Below are positions 18,886 to 27,985 of a stretch of 64,000 bases of DNA, one piece after another. This DNA is from Roseibacillus sp. (GTDB lineage: Bacteria > Verrucomicrobiota > Verrucomicrobiia > Verrucomicrobiales > Akkermansiaceae). The position numbers and the translations under genes were made by a program. The stretch spans positions 192,001-256,000 of the forward strand of contig JBPOGI010000003.1 in NCBI GenBank assembly GCA_051251855.1, in the 5' to 3' direction. Positions within the stretch are counted from its first letter, which is position 1. Each line of letters begins with the position of its first letter. The notes under the pieces were generated by a model. That model saw only the letters and a program-made list of their open reading frames with translations. It had not been told where the DNA came from and did not search any database.

Positions 18886-20259
18886 TTAGAGCCCGAGAAA
18901 GAGCTTGGCGGTAGTGAAATAAATTAGCATGCCGGATACGTCCACGATGGTTGTGATTGCGGGTGCTGCGATGACGGCGGGGTCGAGTTTGACGGCACGG
19001 GCGCCGATGGGAAGAAGGGCACCGATGAGGGTCGATGCAATGACCTGAATGGTCAAAGCGAGGGAGACGGCGAGAGTGAAGTGAGGAAGGCTGACGCCGG
19101 TGATGGCGTCGGGGAGGAGGAGAGGGAGGAGAACGAGACAGGTGATGGCAAGAGCCGCACCGAGGATGAGCCCTTGAAAGATGCCGAGGCGGAGTTCCTT
19201 CCAAGCGACTTGTAGGGAGTCCTTGGACTCCAATTCCCCGAGAGACATGGCTCGGATGACCATGGTGGAGGCTTGGCCACCCGTGTTGCCGCCGGTGGCG
19301 ATGACCATGGGGAGAAAGAGGGCGAGGAGGAAGACGGAGTCGAGAACGGGTTCGAACTGAATCATCACGTAGCCAGAAGCGATGGCGAGAAAGCCCAACC
19401 CAAGCAGCCAGCCGACGCGGCGTTTGAGGTGAATGGCAATACGGGTACGAAGGTAGCTCTCTTCGGATTGCTCGCCGGCGATACCGGCCTGCTTCTCCAT
19501 ATCTTCGGTGGACTCTTCTTCGATAATTTCCATCGCGTCGTCGTACGTGATGGCTCCGAGGAGACGGTTGCTTTCATCGACAACGGGGAGGGCGAGGAGA
19601 TCGTATTTGCGAACCATGGTGGCTGCTTCTTCTTGATCGGCGCTGGCTAGGATGGTCTCGTTGACTTCGAACATGATATCGCGCACCGGTGTTCCCCATG
19701 AGGAGAAGGCAAGGTCACGCAAGCGGATGAACCCAATGGGACGTTCGCGTTCATCGGTGACGAAGATTCGAGAGAGGGTTTCGGCGGAGTCTTGTAGGAC
19801 TTTGAGTTCTTCGAGAGCCTGTTTGACAGTGAGGTGGGCGGGGACGCGGCCGATGCTGGTGGTCATCCAACCGCCAGCAGTTTCTTCGTCGTAGTTGAGA
19901 AGGGCTCGGGTGAGTTCTTCCTCTTCGGAGGAAAGAAGATCGAGCAGGCGCGTGCGCGTCTCCTCGGAGACGTCTTGGAGAATGTCGACGCGGTCGTCGT
20001 CGGTGAGGGCATTGAGGAGCTCGCGCTGTTGGGCGGGCTTGTAGTGGCTGATGGCTTCCTCGCGGAGAGAGTCTGGGAGTTCAGCTAAGACGTCGGCAAA
20101 GGTGGTGGGGGAGAGGGTGTGGACGATGAAGTCGCGCTCTTCGTCTTCTTCGAGGTCGGCATAGAAGTTCGCGAGGTCGGCATAATGAAGTTCTTCAGCA
20201 AGGGCGAGAATCGCAGAGCCGTCACGAGACTTGAGAGCGGGAGCGAGACGGTTGGGCAC
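18886..20259 (-). CDS. mgtE: Magnesium transporter MgtE
   Basis: ETAGGWMT, CBS pair, GGNTGGQA, DPAVIAAPAITTIVDVSG. Confidence 0.95.
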   Translation of the reverse strand: MPNRLAPALKSRDGSAILALAEELHYADLANFYADLEEDEERDFIVHTLSPTTFADVLAELPDSLREEAISHYKPAQQRELLNALTDDDRVDILQDVSEETRTRLLDLLSSEEEELTRALLNYDEETAGGWMTTSIGRVPAHLTVKQALEELKVLQDSAETLSRIFVTDERERPIGFIRLRDLAFSSWGTPVRDIMFEVNETILASADQEEAATMVRKYDLLALPVVDESNRLLGAITYDDAMEIIEEESTEDMEKQAGIAGEQSEESYLRTRIAIHLKRRVGWLLGLGFLAIASGYVMIQFEPVLDSVFLLALFLPMVIATGGNTGGQASTMVIRAMSLGELESKDSLQVAWKELRLGIFQGLILGAALAITCLVLLPLLLPDAITGVSLPHFTLAVSLALTIQVIASTLIGALLPIGARAVKLDPAVIAAPAITTIVDVSGMLIYFTTAKLFLGL

Positions 20260-20324
20260 GGGGAGAGAAAAGCACGTGGAGTGCCGACAAGCAAGAGTGA
20301 GCGCTGGCTTCTGAGCCGAACTTG

Positions 20325-21095
20325 TTAGTCTTTTTTCCAGACTCGGGGAACGACCTGTTCGTCCGTAAAATCGGGAAGGTTGTGGTTTCTGCCAACTACT
20401 CGTTCGTTGAGGTGAGAGAATTTTCCATAGGGTTGGTAGCGCAGGTCATCGATGGCGTAATGTAAGGCGATGGCGCGTCGAGGGGCGTTGCCAAGATTAG
20501 GAGGGTTGCCGTGGACTGTGTGCCAGCAAAAGAGGGCCGCGTCGCCAGGCTGAACGGGGGCGGGAAGGATGTCGGCGGGGTCGGGTTGCCAGCCATCGGG
20601 GAGCTCGAGCCACTTTCGCTGCGAAGTACTGTTGGCCATGGTGATGGGGCCCATGGCGGGAGTGATGTGGGCAAGGGGGACCCAGGCGGTGAGCATGAGG
20701 TTCGCCTGGCAGGTTTTCCAACGGCTGCGCTCGGTGTGCCAGTGATAGTCGAGAGTTTGAGGTCTGCGAGAGGGTTCTTCCCAAAGGAGTTGGTCGAACC
20801 AGAGACGGAGTGATTGTGCGCCGGTGGCTTGGGCAATCTTTTCGAGCAGCTGAGGTGAGTGTGCGAGGGCGGCGAGCTCGCTGCGAAAGTGGGTGGAGTA
20901 AGGCGTCTTCCACGAGCGGCATTTACGAGCGCGTGGTGCTTGCCAGTCGAAGGTAGGTTCGCGGTTGGTTCTCCCTGCCATCAGCTCTTCTTGGCCGTGG
21001 CGGGCGGCGGTCAACTCCTGTTCGGTAAAGACCTGCGGGAGAAACTGAAATCCATTTGCCAGAAGGGGGCTGGGTTGGGGGACGACAAGAGGCAC
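20325..21095 (-). CDS. Phytanoyl-CoA dioxygenase-like 2OG-Fe(II) oxygenase
   Basis: WHTE, LTAWVPL, TVHGNPPN..RRA motifs. Confidence 0.75.
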   Translation of the reverse strand: MPLVVPQPSPLLANGFQFLPQVFTEQELTAARHGQEELMAGRTNREPTFDWQAPRARKCRSWKTPYSTHFRSELAALAHSPQLLEKIAQATGAQSLRLWFDQLLWEEPSRRPQTLDYHWHTERSRWKTCQANLMLTAWVPLAHITPAMGPITMANSTSQRKWLELPDGWQPDPADILPAPVQPGDAALFCWHTVHGNPPNLGNAPRRAIALHYAIDDLRYQPYGKFSHLNERVVGRNHNLPDFTDEQVVPRVWKKD

Positions 21096-21275
21096 GGGAC
21101 GGGGCTTTTAAGAGCTGGCCCTGATTCCTGCAAGCCGGAACGTTGAGGTGGGAAGAGCTTGCTAGCGGGCGCAAGCCGTTTGTGATGATAGTTTGTTTGC
21201 TCCGAGGACTGAAGTCGTCACTCCTTTTGGGGGAGAAGTCTTGTATCTTGGTGGCGAACTCGAAAGGCTTGAGCC

Positions 21276-22982
21276 ATGACGACTCTGCTTCGAATTTTTG
21301 GCAACATTGGACGTTATCCTTCGATGGCGCTTGGGGTCTTGGCTTTGGCGGTGGGGAGTACTTTGTTGGTGCTGGTGCCACCACTGATGACGAAGCGGTT
21401 TCTAGATGTTATTATTGAGGAACAGCGATCGGATTTGATTTGGACGACGGCTGGGCTGGCGGTGGGTGCGATTGCGCTGCGGCAGGTGATGGTGATGGGG
21501 CGGACGGTGCTCAATATGGCTTTCGAGCAGCGAGTGGTACATGATTTACGGCGAGAGCTGTTTGATAAGATTCAGCGAATGCCGCTGCGGTTTTTTGATA
21601 GAAGAACTAGTGGCGATATTATGAGTCGAGTGGGATCGGATGTGCCGGCGATGGAGCGGGTCATTATCCAGGGGATTGACCAAGGATTGAGTGGCGTGAT
21701 TCAGATAGGAGTGATTCTTGCTTTCATGCTTTATCAGCATGTCGGGTTGACGCTGGTGACTTTGGCACCGATGCCGTTGGTGGCTTTGATTACTTGGTTG
21801 TATTCTAAGTTTGGGGCTCCTCGTTATACGCGGGTGGCGGAGGCTTCGGCTGATTTAAATGCGTCCTTGCATGATAGTTTGGCAGGGATTCGGCAGATTA
21901 AGGCGTATACCGTGGAGCCGGAGAAGTTGTTAGAGTTTTCGGAAAAGAGCGATGAAGTGAGAGCGGCCGAGATGCATGTGGTGCGAGCCAATGCGGTGAC
22001 TTGGCCATCGGTGAGCTTAGTGGCGGAGTCAGGCATCGTGATTATGCTGGCGATGGGTTCGTATTGGTTGCTTACGGATGGTTCCGTGACGATTGGCGTG
22101 ATCGGAGCCTTTCTTTTTGCGTGGGGTTATTTGTTTGAACCGATTTCGCGATTGAGCCAGTTGGGCAAGACCTTTACGAGCGGCTTGGTGTCGGGGCGTC
22201 GGGTGTATGAGGTGTTGGATGATGCGGAGGAGACGAATTTGGAGGAGGGTAGAGAACCGGAGAGCCTCAAAGGGGACGTTGTTTTTGAGGAGGTTAATTT
22301 TGGTTACGAAAAGGGTGAGCCAATCGTGAAGGGTGTGAACCTATCGGTGAAGAAGGGTCAAACGGTAGCTTTTGTGGGTCCGACGGGCTCAGGGAAGTCG
22401 ACGTTGCTGAATTTGTTGACGGGATTCTATCACCCAGAGAGTGGATTGATTCGGGTGGATGGGGTGCCGATTCGTGAGCTTTCTAAGAAGTGGTTGCGTG
22501 CGCGGATGGGGTTTGTGACTCAGGAGAGTTTCCTCTTTAACACCACGTTGAGGCAGAATCTTTTGGTGGCGAAGCAAGGCGCGACGGATGAGGAAATTTG
22601 GAGTGCTCTCGAAGCAGCGAATGCGGCGGAGTTTGTGAAGGAGATGCCTGAAGGGCTGGATACGGTGACGGGGGAGCGGGGTGCGAAGTTGAGCGGAGGT
22701 CAGAGGCAACGAATTTCGATTGCACGTGCTCTTTTGAAGAATCCGCCGATCCTTTTGTTAGATGAGGCGACGAGTGCGGTGGATAATGAGACTGAGCGAT
22801 TGATTCAAGAAGCGCTGGGACGCTTGCGAGATGACCGCACGAGCTTTGTGATCGCGCATCGGCTGAGTACGATTCAGGATGCGGATATCATCTGTGTCTT
22901 GGTGGACGGCAAGATTGTCGAGCAGGGAAAGCATGAGGAATTGATTGCTCGAGGTGGGGTTTACGCTGACTTACAGGGGTGA
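21276..22982 (+). CDS. ABC exporter, fused TMD-NBD
   Basis: GPTGSGKST, LSGGQRQR, LLLDEATS, IAHRLST. Confidence 0.93.
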   Translation: MTTLLRIFGNIGRYPSMALGVLALAVGSTLLVLVPPLMTKRFLDVIIEEQRSDLIWTTAGLAVGAIALRQVMVMGRTVLNMAFEQRVVHDLRRELFDKIQRMPLRFFDRRTSGDIMSRVGSDVPAMERVIIQGIDQGLSGVIQIGVILAFMLYQHVGLTLVTLAPMPLVALITWLYSKFGAPRYTRVAEASADLNASLHDSLAGIRQIKAYTVEPEKLLEFSEKSDEVRAAEMHVVRANAVTWPSVSLVAESGIVIMLAMGSYWLLTDGSVTIGVIGAFLFAWGYLFEPISRLSQLGKTFTSGLVSGRRVYEVLDDAEETNLEEGREPESLKGDVVFEEVNFGYEKGEPIVKGVNLSVKKGQTVAFVGPTGSGKSTLLNLLTGFYHPESGLIRVDGVPIRELSKKWLRARMGFVTQESFLFNTTLRQNLLVAKQGATDEEIWSALEAANAAEFVKEMPEGLDTVTGERGAKLSGGQRQRISIARALLKNPPILLLDEATSAVDNETERLIQEALGRLRDDRTSFVIAHRLSTIQDADIICVLVDGKIVEQGKHEELIARGGVYADLQG

Positions 22983-22984
22983 TG

Positions 22985-23195
22985 TTTGGGTGTGCGGCAG
23001 CTTGCTGCCGCTATGGGGGAATGTGCGAGTGTTCACAGGCTGACTTGGGATGAGTAGGCTTGCTTGCTCGACGGCTGATTGCTGCGAATCAGGATTGGAG
23101 GACCTTGATAGGTTGGTGCAGCAAGCTGCCCTTTTCGATAGGGGAGGAAGTTGTGCGGACCTCAATGAGAGCGGTGCTGCGCACCGCACCCCAAA
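22985..23195. repeat. REP-like inverted element between convergent genes
   Basis: tttgggtgtgcggcagcttgctgccgct ... agcggtgctgcgcaccgcaccccaaa, each arm itself a hairpin. Confidence 0.6.
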
Positions 23196-23196
23196 T

Positions 23197-24261
23197 CTAG
23201 CCTCTGCGTTTTTGGACGGCAGTGGCGAGGTCAGCGAGGACTTCTTCGGTGGTCTCCCAGCTAATGCAGGCGTCGGTGACAGACTGCCCGTGGGTGAGCT
23301 TGTTGAGGTCGCCGTCGCCGAGGCTTTGGTTGCCTTCGATGAGGTTGGACTCGATCATGACTGAGCTGATGGCTTTGGAACCACCCGCAATTTGCTTGGC
23401 GATGTCTTTGACGACGAGAGGTTGGTTGCGGAAGTCCTTGCGTGAGTTTCCGTGTGAGCAGTCGATCATGACATTCGGTGGCAGGCTCTGCTCGTTGAGG
23501 CAGGTCACCACTTCAGCGACGCTCTTTTGGTCGTAGTTGGGTCCATTCGATCCACCACGGAGAATAATGTGGCAAGAGTCGTTGCCGGTCGTGGAGACGA
23601 TGGCGGAGACGCCTTGTTTAGTGACGGAAAGAAAATGGTGTGAACCGGCGGAAGCGCCAATGGCGTCGAGCGCGAGCTGGACTGATCCACCGGTGCCGTT
23701 CTTGAAGCCGACGGGCATGGAAAGTCCAGAGGCAAGTTCTCGGTGAATCTGGCTTTCGGTGGTGCGTGCACCAATCGCACCCCAAGCGATGAGGTCGGCG
23801 ATGTATTGGGGGGAAATGGTGTCGAGGAACTCGGTCCCGGCGGGGACTCCCATTTCGGCGAGTTCGAGGAGAAGGCCGCGGGCGACGCGGAGTCCGCGAT
23901 TGATGTCGAAGGAGCCGTCGAGATGAGGGTCGTTGATGAGGCCTTTCCAGCCGACAGTAGTGCGGGGCTTTTCGAAGTAGACCCGCATCATGATCTGCAA
24001 GTCGTCAGAATACTTGTCGATGAGCGGCTTGAGCTTTTTGCCGTATTCGAGGGCGGCCTCGGGATGGTGGATGGAACAGGGGCCAATCACCACGAGAAGT
24101 CGATCATCTTTGCCGTGAAGAATTTCAGTAGCCTGCTTGCGAGCGCCGGAGACCAAATGGGCTGCAGTCTCGGTGATGGGCAGGTAGTAGTTAAGGACGG
24201 CAGGCGAGATCAGAGGATTGATGGCCTTGATCCGCAGGTCGTCGGTAGAAGGGGTGCTCAT
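23197..24261 (-). CDS. aroG: DAHP synthase class I-alpha (AroF/AroG type)
   Basis: GPCSIH, RVYFEKPRTTVGWKGLINDP, IGARTTESQIHR, DCSHGNS. Confidence 0.93.
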   Translation of the reverse strand: MSTPSTDDLRIKAINPLISPAVLNYYLPITETAAHLVSGARKQATEILHGKDDRLLVVIGPCSIHHPEAALEYGKKLKPLIDKYSDDLQIMMRVYFEKPRTTVGWKGLINDPHLDGSFDINRGLRVARGLLLELAEMGVPAGTEFLDTISPQYIADLIAWGAIGARTTESQIHRELASGLSMPVGFKNGTGGSVQLALDAIGASAGSHHFLSVTKQGVSAIVSTTGNDSCHIILRGGSNGPNYDQKSVAEVVTCLNEQSLPPNVMIDCSHGNSRKDFRNQPLVVKDIAKQIAGGSKAISSVMIESNLIEGNQSLGDGDLNKLTHGQSVTDACISWETTEEVLADLATAVQKRRG

Positions 24262-24324
24262 GTTTTTGAGAGTCCGGAAGCTGAAGTCGAGAATCCAGAC
24301 TTTTTGCTTTCGAATGGGAAGAAC

Positions 24325-24702
24325 TTAGAAAGGAGGCTCGTCGTCGCTGGCGTCGGCAGGGTCGGGCTCGTTGTCGAAGGCTGCTTCGAGAGAGGAGAGG
24401 GCCTTGTTGGTGGCGGGGTTGGGGTCGCCTCCGTCGCCTTTGAGAATTTTCCATGCGTGGAGGTTCACATAGTGGCGGCCTTTGTGCTCGGAACCACGAA
24501 TGTTGAAGTGAACTTGCACTTCGTCGCCTTTGGAGAGGTTGTCGAGGAGGCTGGTTTTATCCTTAATACACTCGAACTTGATTTCCTGTGGGAACTTACC
24601 GTCCATAGATTCGAGGACGAATTCACGCTTGGAGAAGCCGCTCGGGAAGGACTGGAGGTCGAGAATAGAATGGATTTTGCCTTGGATTTCGAAAGCAGAC
24701 AT
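24325..24702 (-). CDS. DUF3127 family OB-fold (SSB-like) protein
   Basis: MSAFEIQGKI, GFSKREFV, FNIRGSE..YVNLHAWKI, acidic tail DDEPPF. Confidence 0.8.
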   Translation of the reverse strand: MSAFEIQGKIHSILDLQSFPSGFSKREFVLESMDGKFPQEIKFECIKDKTSLLDNLSKGDEVQVHFNIRGSEHKGRHYVNLHAWKILKGDGGDPNPATNKALSSLEAAFDNEPDPADASDDEPPF

Positions 24703-24857
24703 GGGGGAAAGACTTAGGATGAACGTGAGAAGAGTCAAGGATGCTTGGGAATAAATATGGGGACCGGAGGAGTTGCCGCAACGAAGGCCTGAGCTGGAGG
24801 GCCGATCTTTACTGCCTCCCAATGTTTTAGCAGGCGACAATATAGGTCGCCTCTTCA

Positions 24858-26774
24858 TTACTGAGCCAAGTAACGGAAGTCGCCGTCGCGACGGGTGAGG
24901 CCGTTGGAATCGAGGCGTTCTAGGAGGGGCATGGTGATGCGTCGGGAAGTGCCGAGGAGTTGGCGAAGGTCGGAAGCTGTCGCGGATTTATACTCGGTGA
25001 GGTGCTCTTCGATTTTGTCGGAGGCCAGATCGAAGGAGGCGAGGTCGAGGACGGTTTTTTCGTCGAGAGAAATGACTTGGCCTACGCGGATGAGAAAGGC
25101 GAGGGCGCGTTGGGCAGCGGGGGTGGGGGCGAGTTCTTTCTTGTTGGGAGCGTTGAGTTGTTCGGCGGCGAGGGTTTTGAGAATGGCGTCGGCTTCTTTT
25201 TTGAGCTCGGGGGGGATGTCGGTTTGGTGAGAGAGGGCTTTGAGGTATTCGCCTTCGGCCTGAATGTCTTTCTCGCGGAGAGACTCTAAGAGAGAGTCGA
25301 AGAGGTCGTGGTGAGCGAACTCGCGGGCGAAGCTATTGCGAAGAGATTGGAGCTGGATGCCGGGGAGGTCGGGGTTGGTTCGGTGGTATTCGGCGACGGC
25401 TTCGGTGGCGCGATTGAGAATGTCGGCCCACCAATCGGCGTCGATATGGCCTTGCGCGAGGCGGGCGATTTTCTTTTGAGAAGCGAGTTCTTTAAGGGCG
25501 TTTTTGAAAGACCGGTTAGAGAAGGGAAAGTCCTGGGGGGCAGGTTTTTCGGGGAGGTAGCGGTGCTTGTGGACGAGGTAGGTGAGGAGTGCGTCGGGGG
25601 ATTCCTTTTTGGAAAGTTCACGCAATTGGAGTTGATGATCTTCTTTGCCAAGTTGACGACGAGAGCCGTGTGCATCGAGGACGCGGGCACCGGCAAGGGT
25701 GGCTTCGCCTGACCAATCGCGGATGACAATGCGGTCGTTGGCGAAGACGAAGAGGGTATCGTCGAGCCGGATTTGGGCGAGGCCGCTCTGACCGGGGAGG
25801 AGTTCGCCATCTAACAAACGCACGCGACCGTTGACGCGTCCGGAGCCGTAGTGGAGGCGAATTTTTTGGTTGTTCTTCATGGGGCGCTCGCTGCCTTGTT
25901 GGCCGGGGATGGGACGTGGAAGGCGATCGAGAAGGACGTCGATGGTATTGGAGGGAGTTCCGGCTTCGGGGAGGGTGATGATTTGGCCGCGCTTTACGCC
26001 GCGTTCTTTGCGGGAATCGAGAGCGACGTCGGGAATGTTGACGGCGGTGCGCATCCCGGGTCGGGCGGTCTCGATGCTTTGGCTATGATTCTGGATGGCA
26101 CGCACGTGGGCGGGGAGACCTTGGGGTTGCAGGATGACTTTGTCGCCGGTGGCCAGAGACCCGCGGGAAAGGGTGCCGGTGATGATGGTGCCCATTCCTT
26201 TGACGGTGAAGGCGCGGTCAACAGGCAGGCAGGGGACGGCGAGGTCTTCGGAGGGGGTGGTTTCGGCGAGGGCTTGTGCAATGGCTGTGCGGAGTTCATC
26301 AAGGCCTTCGCCGGTGTGGGAGGAGACGGGGAGGATAGGGCTTTCTTCGAAGGGGCTGCCAGCAAGGGAGTCGCGCACGAATTCGAGCGAAAACTCGGGG
26401 TCTTCGACGATATCGATTTTGGTCATGGCCACGATGGCGCGCTTCATGCCGAGGTAGGAGAGGATGTGAAGGTGTTCCTCGGACTGGGGCATCCAGCCGT
26501 CGTCAGCGGCGACAACAATGAGGGCAAGGTCGAGGGCCCCAACGCCAGCGACCATGTTATTGACGAAGTCGGCATGGCCGGGGACGTCTACGACGCCAAC
26601 TTGAAGGTCTTGACCATCGGGGCCGTTAAGGGAGAGATGGGCAAAGCCGAGCTCGATGGTAACTCCACGCTTTTTCTCCTCGGGGAGGCGGTCGGGGTTG
26701 GTGCCGGTGAGCGCTTGGACAAGGGAGGATTTCCCGTGGTCGATGTGGCCGGCGGTTCCGAGGATGAAATTCAT
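24858..26774 (-). CDS. selB: Selenocysteine-specific elongation factor SelB
   Basis: [45 protein letters not shown]-terminal winged-helix [11 protein letters not shown]; real start MNFILG at 26774. Confidence 0.95.
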   Translation of the reverse strand: MNFILGTAGHIDHGKSSLVQALTGTNPDRLPEEKKRGVTIELGFAHLSLNGPDGQDLQVGVVDVPGHADFVNNMVAGVGALDLALIVVAADDGWMPQSEEHLHILSYLGMKRAIVAMTKIDIVEDPEFSLEFVRDSLAGSPFEESPILPVSSHTGEGLDELRTAIAQALAETTPSEDLAVPCLPVDRAFTVKGMGTIITGTLSRGSLATGDKVILQPQGLPAHVRAIQNHSQSIETARPGMRTAVNIPDVALDSRKERGVKRGQIITLPEAGTPSNTIDVLLDRLPRPIPGQQGSERPMKNNQKIRLHYGSGRVNGRVRLLDGELLPGQSGLAQIRLDDTLFVFANDRIVIRDWSGEATLAGARVLDAHGSRRQLGKEDHQLQLRELSKKESPDALLTYLVHKHRYLPEKPAPQDFPFSNRSFKNALKELASQKKIARLAQGHIDADWWADILNRATEAVAEYHRTNPDLPGIQLQSLRNSFAREFAHHDLFDSLLESLREKDIQAEGEYLKALSHQTDIPPELKKEADAILKTLAAEQLNAPNKKELAPTPAAQRALAFLIRVGQVISLDEKTVLDLASFDLASDKIEEHLTEYKSATASDLRQLLGTSRRITMPLLERLDSNGLTRRDGDFRYLAQ

Positions 26775-26869
26775 TGAGAACGAACGGTCCGCGAATAGGG
26801 CTCTGGGATCAAGCGGGATGTGAGGGAGACGGGGTGGTATTTTTCGATGCTGAGCCGCGGAGGGAGTGC

Positions 26870-27143
26870 TGATACCATTCTCACAGTTAAATCGATGTAA
26901 TGGTTTTATTTTTGGTCCTAAGAAAAGCGCTGCGCGAGCACTCAGAAAGTCGGGCCAAGTTTCCCAATACCCGCGTTGCTTGCTGCTCCCCCCCGGTCGC
27001 ACCCTTCGGGTTGCCTTGGCAGGCAAGCTATCTCGCTCCGCTCGTTTCTTGGTCAGAGTGCTAGCACTCCTCCCTCGGCGCGCCTTGGTCTTGGAAAGCC
27101 TGACTCCGACCATTACACCAATTTAACTGCTCAAATGGTATGA
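26870..27143. mobile_element. MITE-like element 3 (TGA direct repeats) upstream of selB
   Basis: TGA-taccatt...aatggta-TGA; 32-nt terminal inverted repeats 26873-26904 and 27109-27140 (26/32). Confidence 0.72.
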
Positions 27144-27231
27144 GATAGGATTCTTTCCGTGATAAGAGATGGCGTCGAGTGGACGCTTAACCGATGATGG
27201 GTGACTGAAGTCGACCTCCCTTCTTCGGAAT

Positions 27232-27933
27232 TCACTTTTGCTGGGCTTTGAGAAGGGCCTTCATGATGGGAAGGCTGTCGTCGTAGCCTCGCAGCTCGAC
27301 TTTGTTGGAGGTGGGATTGGAAAAAGCAATTTGGAAGGTGCGTTTGCGGGGAATGACGTCCCAGAATCCGGTGCTGAGTCGCTTCCAGTCTTGGTCTTTT
27401 TGGGAATAGGCATAGTAGGGGACTTGCCCGTTGGCCTTCTTTTGTTTGAATTCAGAGAGAAAGGTGTTTTTGCCCGGCTGGATTTCAAGCGGTTGTCCCC
27501 CTATGATGAATCGCAGTGGACAGTGGCTCATGTTGGCGATTTGAAAGGAGGCGAGGGGAAAGGCTTTCTCACTGTCGTCGAAAACTTTGATGAGGTAGGG
27601 TTTTTCGGGATTATTGCTGGGGAAGAAGACGAAGAGCGCTTCTTTGATGGATGGAGGAACCGGAACTCGGCTCCAGACCTTGAGCCCTGACTCCCCTGCG
27701 GTTTCCCCGACTCGGACTGTGTTTTCGGCAATGATGAGGGTGCTTTGCTTTGTGTCTAAATATTTGAGGAGCTTGGAGGTCGCTTGCGACTCTCCAATAT
27801 CATCTCCAGATAAGGTGACCTCTCTCACTCGATGGGCATAGTCGAAACAGAGAGTCCTGACCTCGATGCTTCGGGAGCTCTGCGCGATGCAATTTGCGTT
27901 AATCAGAAAGAGAAAAATGAGGAGAGAACGCAT
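27232..27933 (-). CDS. Exported hypothetical protein
   Basis: Signal-peptide-like start MRSLLIFLFLINANCIAQ; follows the large PilX-like gene. Confidence 0.7.
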   Translation of the reverse strand: MRSLLIFLFLINANCIAQSSRSIEVRTLCFDYAHRVREVTLSGDDIGESQATSKLLKYLDTKQSTLIIAENTVRVGETAGESGLKVWSRVPVPPSIKEALFVFFPSNNPEKPYLIKVFDDSEKAFPLASFQIANMSHCPLRFIIGGQPLEIQPGKNTFLSEFKQKKANGQVPYYAYSQKDQDWKRLSTGFWDVIPRKRTFQIAFSNPTSNKVELRGYDDSLPIMKALLKAQQK

Positions 27934-27985
27934 AGTAGAAAGAGAGTCTGAAGGCACAAAAATGGAAGAATCAATTGAAGTGTTC

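Noticed and set aside
26775..27113. 113-aa N-terminal extension of SelB in the ORF track
   Set aside because: Runs through MITE-like element 3; SelB family similarity begins at [10 protein letters not shown] (26774).
26780..27230. tRNA-Sec (selC) next to selB
   Set aside because: No cloverleaf with a UCA anticodon or T-arm motif seen; the hairpins belong to the MITE-like element.
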